Origin: an uncultured Planctomycetia bacterium
GTDB lineage: Bacteria > Omnitrophota > Gorgyraeia > 2-02-FULL-51-18
Direction: 5' to 3'
Length of the DNA stretch: 64,000 nucleotides
Assembly: GCA_964642015.1 (NCBI GenBank)
Contig: CAZXLF010000004.1
Location: 20,738-84,737, forward strand
Part shown: in pieces, positions 1 to 9,070 of the stretch
Layout of the letters: every line of letters begins with the position of its first letter
How positions within the stretch are numbered: the first letter of the stretch is position 1
Position numbers and translations under genes: made by a program
The notes under the pieces: model-generated
Seen by the model: the letters and a program-made list of their open reading frames with translations, nothing else
Databases searched by the model: none
What the model was told of the DNA's origin: nothing

Positions 1-782
1 GTATTATCTGGAAAATCATTCATGGCCTCTATCAAGCTGCTGACAATCAGCTCATCTTCCGGAAGTCCTTGTAAAGTAAGAAGAAAATTTCCTTTGGATG
101 GCGATGACGCGCCAGCGTTGAATTTGGGTAAACCCGTGATCATAATCCGGTCAGGCGCAGCGCCTGCTTTTATGAGGCTATTCCTATACCATGAGCCCAA
201 CACCGCGGATCGATCCGCCGCAGAAGGTCCGAGAAAAAGATTTATTTTATCAGCCAATATAGATAGCTGATCCGTATAATGAGGGGCTGCTACCGTTGTT
301 ATCCCTCGAACGGATGCCAAAGCGCAACAGACCCTATCCCAGACCCACTGACCATTAGGTACTAGGACTGCATCCGGCTTGTCCGAGTCTAAAAGCCTCT
401 GGACGGATCGTTCATATTTTAAAATATTAGAAATACTATCGGATAAAAAATATTTTGAAACAGAAGACCTAAAAAAATCGTACAAAGGAATAGTTTTTGG
501 GTAAGAATCTCCTGACTTTGTGTTTTCAACCAACTGCAATAAAGTCTTTTCCATCTGTGCCGAATTTTCGTTCGAATCAAATTCGATCGGAGGTATGACT
601 TTATGAGGCAATTTCCTTTCATGCGCAAAACGGATCGCATTGGCGGTCTCTTGATGCAGTCCCTCGATAAAAATAAACCGACAACGTCCATCTGGACTAT
701 TCAACGCTTTGATGGCAGATTCAATCGGATCTATTTGTGTCCGATAATTGAACCCCATTGCGTATATTTTTTGGAAAGCCAT
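1..782 (-). CDS. hypothetical protein, possibly a GT-B-fold glycosyltransferase-like protein. The gene starts at ATG 780-782 and runs off the window edge, so only the N-terminal ~260 aa are visible (MAFQKIYAMGFNYRTQIDPIESAIKALNSPDGRCRFIFIEGLHQETANAIRFAHERK...)
   Basis: I translated the reverse strand by hand and found no stop in this frame from 782 to 1. The start ATG overlaps the stop of the upstream gene (cTAATGg). It is absent from the supplied ORF track because it has no in-window stop. The family assignment is weak. Confidence 0.45.
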   Translation of the reverse strand, partial: MAFQKIYAMGFNYRTQIDPIESAIKALNSPDGRCRFIFIEGLHQETANAIRFAHERKLPHKVIPPIEFDSNENSAQMEKTLLQLVENTKSGDSYPKTIPLYDFFRSSVSKYFLSDSISNILKYERSVQRLLDSDKPDAVLVPNGQWVWDRVCCALASVRGITTVAAPHYTDQLSILADKINLFLGPSAADRSAVLGSWYRNSLIKAGAAPDRIMITGLPKFNAGASSPSKGNFLLTLQGLPEDELIVSSLIEAMNDFPDN

Positions 783-1354
783 TAGCAGCGTAACGGACTT
801 AAAATATCAGTAATAACAGAAGGTCTATAAATTTGAACCGATAAATTGCGTGAGCGGATCAGCTGAACCACATCCTGCAAAACAAAAGGAGAAGGCTTTT
901 GATGGATAATCTTTACACTTTGGGGGTTTTCAATATTCAACGCCTGATCAATCGTCATGAGATAAGGCATATCATGTATAAGGCGGAAATAAAGGTCATA
1001 TTTTAATTCCTTTTGAATAGGGATATTCTCCTTGTCAGGCAATTCTGCCTTAACCAAGGTTTGGGCGAATCCGATCACCTTATCTATAGATTTTTCAATA
1101 AAATCAGTTGTCATATAATCCTTTAGCATTTTTCTTGGGATCCGGTGTTCACCGATCATAAATGCTTCAAAAAATACAAGATCAATGATAACAACTTCAC
1201 CCAAGTCCCTAAAACAGGGCCTTAAAAGACTGTTGATCTCTTTGATTTGATCAGAGAGGCTCAAATTAAAAACCAAGGTTTTCATGCGTACTTCCTCTAT
1301 GAGGCATTGAAATTTAGCGATCAATGGCTGAAATATCCCTATTATATCAATCAA
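782..1354 (-). CDS. hypothetical protein (190 aa ORF; an alternative start MKTLVFNL lies near 1285)
   Basis: Long ORF with coding-like composition. It is translationally coupled to the downstream gene through a TAATG overlap. No family recognized. Confidence 0.45.
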   Translation of the reverse strand: MIDIIGIFQPLIAKFQCLIEEVRMKTLVFNLSLSDQIKEINSLLRPCFRDLGEVVIIDLVFFEAFMIGEHRIPRKMLKDYMTTDFIEKSIDKVIGFAQTLVKAELPDKENIPIQKELKYDLYFRLIHDMPYLMTIDQALNIENPQSVKIIHQKPSPFVLQDVVQLIRSRNLSVQIYRPSVITDILSPLRC

Positions 1355-1388
1355 AAAGCATTTGAATAGACAATAAAAGGGGGTTTCG

Positions 1389-1417
1389 TTGACTTATGGT
1401 ATTCACATTGCTAGAAT
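1389..1417 (+). promoter_or_regulatory. sigma70-type promoter for tRNA-Pro: TTGACT (1389-1394), 17-nt spacer, TAGAAT (1412-1417)
   Basis: Near-consensus -35 and -10 hexamers with a 17-nt spacer, ending 10 nt before the mature tRNA 5' end. Confidence 0.55.
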
Positions 1418-1427
1418 CAACCCTTCT

Positions 1428-1502
1428 CGGGGTGTAGCTCAGCTTGGCTAGAGCGCTTGCTTTGGGAGCAAGAGGCCGCTGGTTCGAATCCAGTCGCCCC
1501 GA
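1428..1502 (+). tRNA. tRNA-Pro (anticodon UGG)
   Basis: Cloverleaf read by hand. The acceptor stem CGGGGTG pairs with CGCCCCG, followed by discriminator A. D-arm AGCTCAGCTTGGCTAGAGC. Anticodon stem CTTGC/GCAAG with loop TTTGGGA. T-arm GGTTCGAATCC. No encoded CCA. Confidence 0.85.
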
Positions 1503-1515
1503 TAATCTTTAGGGT

Positions 1516-2469
1516 TTATCTTGACTTCCGAGATAGGACTTTTTTGGCGGCTTTGACGATATCATCAGCCGTCAAACCGTATTTTTGAAATAACTCCTCA
1601 GGCGTTCCTGATTCGGCATAAGTATCTTTGACGCCGACAAATTCCACAGGGATAGGAAAGTTCTGCGATACCAGTTGCGATACCGCGCTGCCCAAGCCTC
1701 CGAAAATAAGGTGTTCTTCCGCAATAACGAATGCCTTGGTGTTGTGAGCTTCATTCAGAAGCAGCTCTTCATCTAAAGGTTTTAATGTATGGATATCCAC
1801 TACCGAAGCATCCATACCGTCTTTTTTTAATATTTCAGCGGCTTCCAAAGCCTCGAATACCATTAAGCCATTTGCGATCAAAGAAATATCCTTGCCCTTT
1901 CTAAGAGAGTTTCCCTTGCCGATCTTGAACTGCGATTGCTCATTATAGACCCAAGGGGCTTTTGATCTTCCTGTGCGCACATATACAGGCCCCTGATAAG
2001 AAGCGGCTTGCTTGATAAGCGATTTGGCAGAAAACTCATCTGAAGGTACGATGACCGTAAAATTGGGCAAGGTCAAAGCCAATGCAAAATCCTCGATAGA
2101 CTGTTGAGAAGCGCCGTCCTCACCAACACTGATGCCGCCGTGTGAAGTGACGACTTTGACATTGAGCTTAGGGAAAGCGACTCCCATACGAAGCTGCTCG
2201 TAACCTTTACACATCAGAAAACACGCAAAAGAGCTGATAAAAGGCACTTTTCCGCAGGAGGCAAGACCTGAAGCAATACCGACAAGATTGGATTCCTGAA
2301 TGCCGATATCGATGAAACGGTCCGGGAATGCTTTGCCGAACGTATCGGTGCGCGTCGACTTTGAAAGATCCGCGTCCAACACTAGAACTTGCGGATTTTC
2401 TTTTCCAAGCTCTACAAGTGCTTTGCCATATGCGTCGCGAGTGGCGGCGCCCATTTTTCTTTCGACCAT
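1516..2469 (-). CDS. transketolase, C-terminal subunit (pyrimidine-binding and C-terminal domains of a split transketolase)
   Basis: 317 aa. Motifs typical of the transketolase C-terminal half (…FISSFACFLMCKGYEQLRM…VVTSHGGISVGEDGASQQSIEDFALA…). Immediately downstream of the N-terminal subunit gene, with a start/stop overlap at 2469. Confidence 0.9.
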   Translation of the reverse strand: MVERKMGAATRDAYGKALVELGKENPQVLVLDADLSKSTRTDTFGKAFPDRFIDIGIQESNLVGIASGLASCGKVPFISSFACFLMCKGYEQLRMGVAFPKLNVKVVTSHGGISVGEDGASQQSIEDFALALTLPNFTVIVPSDEFSAKSLIKQAASYQGPVYVRTGRSKAPWVYNEQSQFKIGKGNSLRKGKDISLIANGLMVFEALEAAEILKKDGMDASVVDIHTLKPLDEELLLNEAHNTKAFVIAEEHLIFGGLGSAVSQLVSQNFPIPVEFVGVKDTYAESGTPEELFQKYGLTADDIVKAAKKVLSRKSR

Positions 2470-3362
2470 TAGCGGATCATTCCTAATATTTTTTGGATCT
2501 CAGATTCTTTTTCGCCTAATTCTTTCAAAGCCTTTGCTGTTTCATCTTTAGTCGGTGCGACGCCATGAAAATGGTTGTTATTTTCCATGAAAGACACGCC
2601 TTTGCCCTTTATCGTATGCGCGATGATAGCGCTAGGGCCCGATTCGCGAGCTTTAGCCCATTCGATAGCTTCATAAATTTCTTTGTGCGAGTGGCCATCG
2701 ATCTCTTTGACAGCCCATCCGAACGCGCGCCATTTGTCTGTAACAGGTTCCATATCCAAGATATCTTTGGTGGCGCCAGAAAGCTGATACTTGTTGTAAT
2801 CTAAGATCATGATGAGATTTGAAAGTTTATGGAATGAAGCAAAAGCAGCCGCTTCCCATGTTTGGCCTTCGTTCAGTTCGCCGTCACTCATGATCACATA
2901 GGTAAGAAAATCCTTTTTGTCAAAACGGGCCGCAAGCGCACAGCCGATGCCTATAGACAGGCCTTGCCCCAACGAACCTGTAGAGGCTTCGATCCCGGGG
3001 AGTTTCCGCATATCCGGATGGCCCTGCAACGGACTACCCAATTTTCTTAAAGTCAGCAATAACTCCTCTTTGAAATATCCGGATTGCGCCAAAGCGCTGT
3101 AAAGCGCAGGGCACCCATGTCCTTTGCTGAAGATCAAGCGATCTCGGTCGGGCCATTTGGGATTCTTAGGGTCATGCCTCAAGAAATGAAAATAAAGCAA
3201 TGTCAGAATGTCGGTTACCGACAAAGAACCGCCGGGGTGGCCGGATCCGGCGATACCAAGCATTTTGATGATATTTCGTCGGATCTGAAGTGCGATATCC
3301 GCTAAGTTATTCCAATCTATTTTTTCGTTCACTTTCTTTGCAATCTCGGTTTGGCTAGGCAT
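2469..3362 (-). CDS. transketolase, N-terminal (thiamine-diphosphate-binding) subunit
   Basis: 297 aa. Contains the GSGHPGGSLS TPP-binding motif and the GHG…LSNLIMILDYN region. Confidence 0.9.
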   Translation of the reverse strand: MPSQTEIAKKVNEKIDWNNLADIALQIRRNIIKMLGIAGSGHPGGSLSVTDILTLLYFHFLRHDPKNPKWPDRDRLIFSKGHGCPALYSALAQSGYFKEELLLTLRKLGSPLQGHPDMRKLPGIEASTGSLGQGLSIGIGCALAARFDKKDFLTYVIMSDGELNEGQTWEAAAFASFHKLSNLIMILDYNKYQLSGATKDILDMEPVTDKWRAFGWAVKEIDGHSHKEIYEAIEWAKARESGPSAIIAHTIKGKGVSFMENNNHFHGVAPTKDETAKALKELGEKESEIQKILGMIR

Positions 3363-3438
3363 AAGAACTTAAGAGTGTAGCTGTATTCTTTCCAAGCGTC
3401 AAACAATCTTTTCTGCTTTCAGCTTTGCAAGATGCTGA

Positions 3439-4101
3439 TTACCGATACTCCGAAACTCCTGTACGAAATCTTAAAAAATTCTCAAGCGAATCACACATCA
3501 AATAAGGATTTGTCTTTTTCTGCTCGCCCATCGTTGATGTGGGTTTGTCGGCATAATTATGACCCGGGCAAAGAATCGTTGAATCGTCAAATTTCATCAG
3601 GCGCTGGGTCAATGTCCTATACATTTCTTTGGCGTCACCCCCCGGAAGATCACATCGGCCGCAAGCACCGATAAAAAGCGTATCTCCCGAAACCAAACGA
3701 TCCTGCACGTGAAAACATTGAGACCCTGGGGTATGACCGGGTGTGTGGATTAAATTAATTTCGATGTTCCCAACTTCAATTTTTTGACCGTCATCCACAC
3801 TTTTAATGTTATCGTGACTGTATTCCATGTAAGGAACATCTTTTTTATTGACATAAATCGGGCAATTCACAGACTCCAAAAGCTCTTCTATTCCGTTCGT
3901 GTGATCAAAATGATAGTGACTGATCAAAGCGCCTTTGATCTTAAGATCTTCCTGCTGAACAACCTTTAAAATAGTATCCACCTGCCACGCTGGATCCACG
4001 ATCAGCACCTCACGTGTTTTCTTATCGCCGACGAGATAAACAAAATTCTCCATCGGGCCGATCTCCATCTGCTTTAAATAAAGAGGATTTTCTTCTGGCA
4101 T
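3439..4101 (-). CDS. MBL-fold metallo-hydrolase (hydroxyacylglutathione-hydrolase-like)
   Basis: 220 aa. Contains the HYHFDHTNG metal-binding motif (HxHxDH) and downstream His/Asp ligands (HTPGHTPGS). Confidence 0.8.
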   Translation of the reverse strand: MPEENPLYLKQMEIGPMENFVYLVGDKKTREVLIVDPAWQVDTILKVVQQEDLKIKGALISHYHFDHTNGIEELLESVNCPIYVNKKDVPYMEYSHDNIKSVDDGQKIEVGNIEINLIHTPGHTPGSQCFHVQDRLVSGDTLFIGACGRCDLPGGDAKEMYRTLTQRLMKFDDSTILCPGHNYADKPTSTMGEQKKTNPYLMCDSLENFLRFRTGVSEYR

Positions 4102-4147
4102 ATAAATGCAGGTTAAAAGCTAGGATTCAAAAATTTCTTCTCGATAC

Positions 4148-4621
4148 TCAATGCGATCCGTTAGATCGATCTTCTATATCGATCTTTTCAAGTTCTATTT
4201 TCAATTTTTTTGCTATTTGAAATATGCGGTCATCGCGGTAAAATTCACCGAAGCAAATACGCTTAATGCCCGAATTGGCGATCAATTTAAAACAAGGCCA
4301 ACAAGGACTAGCTGTAGTGTAAATCGTTCCCCCGTCGATACAGACGCCGTTCTTTGCCGCCTGGATAATCGCATTGGCCTCCGCATGGATCGTCGCTACA
4401 CAATGGTTATTCTCCATCATGTGACCGACTTCATTGCAATGCTCTAATTTGCGGATGCTCCCGTTATATCCAGTGGATAAAATAGTCTTATCGCGCACGA
4501 TCACCGCACCCACGTATTTTCTATCACATGTAGAGCGGCTTGAGATCACGCGCGCAATATTCATAAAATACGCATCCCAACCGAGACGCTTGAGAATCTT
4601 AGCGGGCCGAACCTTAACCAT
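4148..4621 (-). CDS. deoxycytidylate (dCMP) deaminase / CMP-dCMP-type deaminase
   Basis: 157 aa. Contains the zinc-binding motifs HAEANAI and PCWPC of the cytidine/deoxycytidylate deaminase family. Confidence 0.85.
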   Translation of the reverse strand: MVKVRPAKILKRLGWDAYFMNIARVISSRSTCDRKYVGAVIVRDKTILSTGYNGSIRKLEHCNEVGHMMENNHCVATIHAEANAIIQAAKNGVCIDGGTIYTTASPCWPCFKLIANSGIKRICFGEFYRDDRIFQIAKKLKIELEKIDIEDRSNGSH

Positions 4622-4683
4622 AGGGGATTATTTTAACCTGTTACACGCTATTTCTCAAGCTTGGAATCGCATGGCAAGAAATG

Positions 4684-4720
4684 AAAAAGCCCTCTGGATA
4701 AAGGATCCAAAGGGCTTTTA
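4684..4720 (-). terminator. intrinsic terminator hairpin downstream of the ElaB-like gene (AAAGCCCTCTGGAT…ATCCAAAGGGCTTT followed by a U-run on the minus strand)
   Basis: Perfect extended inverted repeat. It is flanked by A-run/T-run and sits between the stop at 4735 and the next gene. Confidence 0.55.
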
Positions 4721-4734
4721 TTTACTTTTGATGC

Positions 4735-5010
4735 TTATTTCTTCGTCAATCGACCAACAAAAAAGCCGGTAACCAATGCAGCGACCGCTGCGCCTCCAAT
4801 ATAGGCCCACGCGTTCTTATGCACCGATTTATCAACTTCCGTTGCCGCTTCGATGATGTTTTCTTTGGTGTCTTCTAAAGTCCTCTTAGCGGTTTTCTTC
4901 AACTGATCGAGATTATCTTCGATCTCATGCTTTTTATCCTGCACTGCTTTATTCAATAGATCGATCGCTTTACCCATCTTTTTAGTACCATTCATTGCAA
5001 CTATCGACAT
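4735..5010 (-). CDS. DUF883/ElaB/YqjD-family membrane-anchored protein
   Basis: 91 aa. Charged coiled-coil N-terminus plus a C-terminal TM segment (AYIGGAAVAALVTGFFVGRL), typical of ElaB/YqjD. Confidence 0.65.
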   Translation of the reverse strand: MSIVAMNGTKKMGKAIDLLNKAVQDKKHEIEDNLDQLKKTAKRTLEDTKENIIEAATEVDKSVHKNAWAYIGGAAVAALVTGFFVGRLTKK

Positions 5011-5147
5011 GACCTTTTCCTTTCCTTTTTTTATTACTGTCTTATGTAATTGTATTTATACTACTGCTTAGCTTAGTTAAAATTTACATAATATTATTAA
5101 TAATTACAAGTCTTTATTAAAATATTTTATCTATTAACATAAGAAAC

Positions 5148-5185
5148 AAAAAAACAGCCCTCATTTTTAATAAGGGCTGTTTTTA
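5148..5185 (-). terminator. bidirectional rho-independent terminator (stem ACAGCCCT/AGGGCTGT, 11-nt loop, flanked by A7 and T5)
   Basis: 8-bp perfect GC-rich stem with poly-T on both strands. It lies in an AT-rich 208-nt intergenic region downstream of the 5219..5506 gene. Confidence 0.6.
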
Positions 5186-5218
5186 TACTATTTCTTAACT
5201 AATTCAGCTAATCGATAA

Positions 5219-5506
5219 TTATTTCGCAGCTGGAGAAGAAGCCGGCGACGGAACTGCTGCAGGTGCAGCTACAGGCGCAGGTGGCGGTGGCGGTGGTGGA
5301 GCCACAGGCATCACAGGCGCTGCCGGTGCAGGTGTCGTAACCGAAACTGCCTTCTTACTTGTAGAAACTACGGTCGCTCCACCCTTTCTATTCTTCGGCA
5401 CGAAATTCGTCTTTGTAGGCTTTTTTCCCGTATCTGCCAATGCCACACCCTGGTGGAATAAGCAGGCAATCACTAAGAGAGAAAGAATTGCGCTCAACTT
5501 TTTCAT
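5219..5506 (-). CDS. small secreted Pro/Ala-rich protein (signal peptide, then a PAPAAPVMPVAPPPPPPPAPVAAPAAVP low-complexity tail)
   Basis: 95 aa. N-terminal signal peptide MKKLSAILSLLVIACLFHQGVALA. Confidence 0.55.
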   Translation of the reverse strand: MKKLSAILSLLVIACLFHQGVALADTGKKPTKTNFVPKNRKGGATVVSTSKKAVSVTTPAPAAPVMPVAPPPPPPPAPVAAPAAVPSPASSPAAK

Positions 5507-5609
5507 TTACGATAAGCTCCTTTCAAGAGAATTAAGACGTTTTCTAAAACTCATATAGCATACCACTTTTTAAAAATTCGTCAATTTTCTATTTTAAAGG
5601 CTCTGAGCG

Positions 5610-6029
5610 TTAGCGGCTGTTGAAATCGCTTACTTCCTTGGCCATTTTACTGTCAAATTCCCTTCGCTTCGCTCGAAGATCCGTATTTTCAGGAGGCAAA
5701 CTCCTCAACTTGTCGTTATGTTCCTTGAGCTGCGCTTGACGCTTGGCTATATAAGCATCAGTGGCGGCTTTCTTATCCGCAAAATTAAGATTAGCGGTAT
5801 CTTTTTCAAAGGCTATCTTCTCATCGGCAGTTTGCTTATTGAATCGCGCGATTTCTTCGGCATGTTTATTTGTTCTAGGAGAATGCAATTGACTCTCAAA
5901 ATCCTTTCTTTCCGCCAGCATTTTATCGCTGAACTCCTGCTTTTCTTGTTCGGTCGGTTTAGCATAAACCATAGGTGAAAAGATCAGAAATGCGCATACA
6001 AATAAAAAATATGCACGAAAGGATGCCAT
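5610..6029 (-). CDS. secreted hypothetical protein (signal peptide plus charged coiled-coil)
   Basis: 139 aa. Hydrophobic N-terminus FLFVCAFLIFSPMVYA followed by a K/E-rich helical sequence. Confidence 0.55.
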   Translation of the reverse strand: MASFRAYFLFVCAFLIFSPMVYAKPTEQEKQEFSDKMLAERKDFESQLHSPRTNKHAEEIARFNKQTADEKIAFEKDTANLNFADKKAATDAYIAKRQAQLKEHNDKLRSLPPENTDLRAKRREFDSKMAKEVSDFNSR

Positions 6030-6035
6030 TTTAAA

Positions 6036-6782
6036 TTATTTTTTCAAACCTTTCGATTCGGCGCTGGCTTGCTGGATCTTGCTGGAAAGCACGGATCGCA
6101 ATGCCGGATTCAAACGTACCGCATCTTCAAGGTCAACGAGTGCTCGATGATAATCCGTCTTCAGAAAATAGGATTCGCCTCGCAGCCTTAATGCATCGGC
6201 ATATTGGGGATCAAGCTGGATGGCCTTATCCGCATCCGCTATAGCAGGATCAAGATCGCTTTTCAACATTTCGGCCAAACCCCGCAAAAAATACAACGTA
6301 GGATCCTGCGGAGAAAGCTCGATCGCTTTTGAGCTATCATTGATAGCGCCGCTAAGATCATTTTTAATTATCAGGCAGTTGGCGCGGCTTGAATAATAGT
6401 CCGGCTGTTTGGAATATAGCTCGATCGCCTTTGAAAAATCGGCTACCGCTTCATCGATCTTTTTCAAATGCCTATAAGATAAGCCGCGGTTAAAATAAGC
6501 ATCCGGCGCTTTGGTCTCGCGCTTTATACACTCTGTCAGATCTTTAATGGCCTCGTCATAATCGCCTTTTCCATAATAAGCGGTGCCGCGGTTATAATAA
6601 GCCTTTGCATCGTCAGGGTTCTCTTTGAGAGCTTGGTTGGCCTCCGCAATGGATGCTGCCGGCCCGTTTTTTGGCGTGAAATTGCTTTTCGCGTGAACAC
6701 TGGAATTTAAAGAGAGTGTCAAAATAAACAATAAGGATACCGTGTTAACGATTCTTTTTTTCATCGAATGGTCCTCCGTCAA
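6036..6782 (-). CDS. TPR-repeat protein with signal peptide (possible lipoprotein). The likely start is MKKRIV, about 18 nt inside the ORF.
   Basis: 248 aa. Contains multiple tetratricopeptide repeats (AYYNRGTAYYGKGDYDEAIKDL…, AYFNRGLSYRHLKKIDEAVADF…). Confidence 0.7.
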   Translation of the reverse strand: MTEDHSMKKRIVNTVSLLFILTLSLNSSVHAKSNFTPKNGPAASIAEANQALKENPDDAKAYYNRGTAYYGKGDYDEAIKDLTECIKRETKAPDAYFNRGLSYRHLKKIDEAVADFSKAIELYSKQPDYYSSRANCLIIKNDLSGAINDSSKAIELSPQDPTLYFLRGLAEMLKSDLDPAIADADKAIQLDPQYADALRLRGESYFLKTDYHRALVDLEDAVRLNPALRSVLSSKIQQASAESKGLKK

Positions 6783-6991
6783 TCCCGCAAAATGAATAAT
6801 AAAGAAGTCAATACAGCTCCGATCACTACGATCGTCATTGTGTCGCTGAAAAAATAAGGGTAAACCATCAATCCGCTTCCGATCAGCATTGGTTTCACGA
6901 TCGCCTGCTTTTTTCCATAGATAAAAGCCGCAAACCCCACCGCGCTGAAAATACTGCCGGCGATGATGCTCGCAAAATTCACCCCGCTCAT
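6779..6991 (-). CDS. small integral membrane protein (two predicted TM helices)
   Basis: 70 aa and highly hydrophobic. There is a 4-nt overlap with the downstream TPR gene. Confidence 0.5.
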   Translation of the reverse strand: MSGVNFASIIAGSIFSAVGFAAFIYGKKQAIVKPMLIGSGLMVYPYFFSDTMTIVVIGAVLTSLLFILRD

Positions 6992-7028
6992 GAGAAACCC
7001 TCTAAAAAGAGTATTTCATGAGTGGAGT

Positions 7029-8519
7029 TCATCGAACCCAATCCCGGGAACGTTCCACCGCCATTTTCCAGCGTTCGTACAGTACAGCCGCTTGCGTACG
7101 CCTCATGCGGGGTTTAAAAACATGGTCTACTTGCCGTAACCGATTAAAATCATCCTTACTCTTCCAAAATCCTATAGCAATACCCGCCAGAGCCGCAGCA
7201 CCGAGAGCGGTCGTCTCCAATACCCTCGGACGCTCAACCGGAATGCCCAAGATATCCGCTTGAAATTGCATCAAAAAATCATTGGCGCTTGCGCCGCCGT
7301 CGGCTCTTAAAACCTTAAACGCCTTATGCGTATCTTTTTTCATGACTTCCAAGACATCGCGAGTCTGATAAGCGATCGATTCGAGCGCTGCGCGCACCAA
7401 ATGTTCGCGTTTAGTACCGCGCGTAATCCCCACAATGGTGCCTCTGGCATGCGGATCCCAGTAAGGAGCCCCGAGACCGACAAGCGCGGGTACGAAATAA
7501 ACGCCGTCATTCGACGGCGTGGCATTTGAGATCCTCTCAGTATCACCGGCCGACTTTATTATCTTCAACCCGTCTCTTAACCATTGTACCGCAGCCCCTC
7601 CGATGAAAACACTTCCTTCGACCGCGTATTCGGTATTTTTAACATTTCCTATGGACCAAGCAATTGTTGTCAGCAAATTTTTTGAAAATTTGGGAGTTTT
7701 TTCAGTATTCTCCAGCATAAAGAGTCCGGTACCGTAGGTATTTTTAATAACACCTGCTTTGAAACAGCCTTGGGCAAATGAGGCTGCTTGCTGGTCTCCG
7801 ACAATGCCGCTAATAGGTATCTTTGATGAAAAAATCTTTTTGTCGGTATAACCGATCTTAGCGCTCGAAGGAACAACATACGGCAAAATCTTCATAGGAA
7901 CTTGAAAAATATTGCAAAGTTTGCTATCCCACGCCTTTTGATGAATGTTAAAAAGCATCGTGCGCGAAGCATTCGATGTGTCTGTCACATGAAGCGCGCC
8001 GCCGGATAATTTCCACACGATCCAGCAATCGATCGTTCCGGCCAAAAGCTCGCCTTTTTGCGCGCGTGACATTGCACCTTTTATATTTTTCAAGAGCCAA
8101 TGAATCTTGCTCGCGCTGAAATACGCGTCCAAGAACAAACCTGTGCGTTCGTGGACCAATTTTTCCAGACCCTTTTTCTTTAACCCTTCGCAATATTCCG
8201 CCGTGCGCCGGCACTGCCATACGATCGCGTTATGAATCGGTTTGCCTGTTTTTTTGTCCCATACAAGAACCGTCTCGCGCTGATTCGTGATACCTATCGC
8301 TTTGATGCTCTCCTTCGGGATATTTTTCAGCGTCTTAAGAATGATCTTTTGTGTGCTTTCCCAGATCGCGATCGGATCATGTTCGACCCATCCGGGTTTG
8401 GGATAGATCTGCGGAAATTCCTCATACACTTTCGACAAAACACGCTGGCGCTTATCGAAAACTATCGCGCGATTGCCTGTTGTCCCCAGATCTAAAGCTA
8501 AGATCGCAGACTCTGGCAT
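7029..8519 (-). CDS. glpK: glycerol kinase
   Basis: 496 aa FGGY-family kinase. Contains LALDLGTTGNRAIVFD and the hallmark GWVEHDP motif, and is glycerol-kinase-like throughout. Confidence 0.9.
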   Translation of the reverse strand: MPESAILALDLGTTGNRAIVFDKRQRVLSKVYEEFPQIYPKPGWVEHDPIAIWESTQKIILKTLKNIPKESIKAIGITNQRETVLVWDKKTGKPIHNAIVWQCRRTAEYCEGLKKKGLEKLVHERTGLFLDAYFSASKIHWLLKNIKGAMSRAQKGELLAGTIDCWIVWKLSGGALHVTDTSNASRTMLFNIHQKAWDSKLCNIFQVPMKILPYVVPSSAKIGYTDKKIFSSKIPISGIVGDQQAASFAQGCFKAGVIKNTYGTGLFMLENTEKTPKFSKNLLTTIAWSIGNVKNTEYAVEGSVFIGGAAVQWLRDGLKIIKSAGDTERISNATPSNDGVYFVPALVGLGAPYWDPHARGTIVGITRGTKREHLVRAALESIAYQTRDVLEVMKKDTHKAFKVLRADGGASANDFLMQFQADILGIPVERPRVLETTALGAAALAGIAIGFWKSKDDFNRLRQVDHVFKPRMRRTQAAVLYERWKMAVERSRDWVR

Positions 8520-9070
8520 CAGTAATCGATCCCTTTCTGCGCTTGAACGCCTTTCTGGAAAGGATGTTTGATCTCTCTCATCTCCGTCACAAGGTCCGCA
8601 ATATCGATGATCTCTTTTTTTGCATCACGACCGGTTAAAATAAGATGTGTGTGTTTTGGTTTTTTCTTTATGATCTCTATCAGGTCTTTTAATTCCACAA
8701 GACGGATGTCCAAATAGTCGACCGCATAATTGACTTCATCAAGAACAACGAGGTCGTATTTTCCGGAGTATATCTTCTCCTTCGCAAAATTTATCGCCTC
8801 TGTAGCAGCCGTTTTATGTTCCTTGAACGGCTTTTTATCCCCCATGATCTTGACAAAGCCTTTGCCGAGCTGCAAGATCTCCAAATTAGAATGAAGCTTT
8901 GCACTTTCCATTTCGCCAAACACGACCGGCCAGTCACCTTTAAAAAATTGGATCACAAGCACTTTCCAGCCATGCCCTAAAGCACGGAACACATTGCCCA
9001 GCGCCGCTGACGTCTTACCTTTTCCGTTGCCCGTATAGACGATCACGAGCCCCTTTTTATTCTTGTCCAT
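8519..9070 (-). CDS. cobO: cob(I)yrinic acid a,c-diamide adenosyltransferase (CobO/BtuR family)
   Basis: 183 aa. Contains the P-loop-like GNGKGKTSAALG and is BtuR/CobO-like throughout. There is a 1-nt overlap with glpK at 8519. Confidence 0.8.
   Translation of the reverse strand: MDKNKKGLVIVYTGNGKGKTSAALGNVFRALGHGWKVLVIQFFKGDWPVVFGEMESAKLHSNLEILQLGKGFVKIMGDKKPFKEHKTAATEAINFAKEKIYSGKYDLVVLDEVNYAVDYLDIRLVELKDLIEIIKKKPKHTHLILTGRDAKKEIIDIADLVTEMREIKHPFQKGVQAQKGIDY

Noticed and set aside
419-785. Track ORFs 419..691(-) and 603..785(+)
   Set aside because: They overlap the hand-verified 1..782 reverse-strand gene in other frames, and both have poor coding composition.
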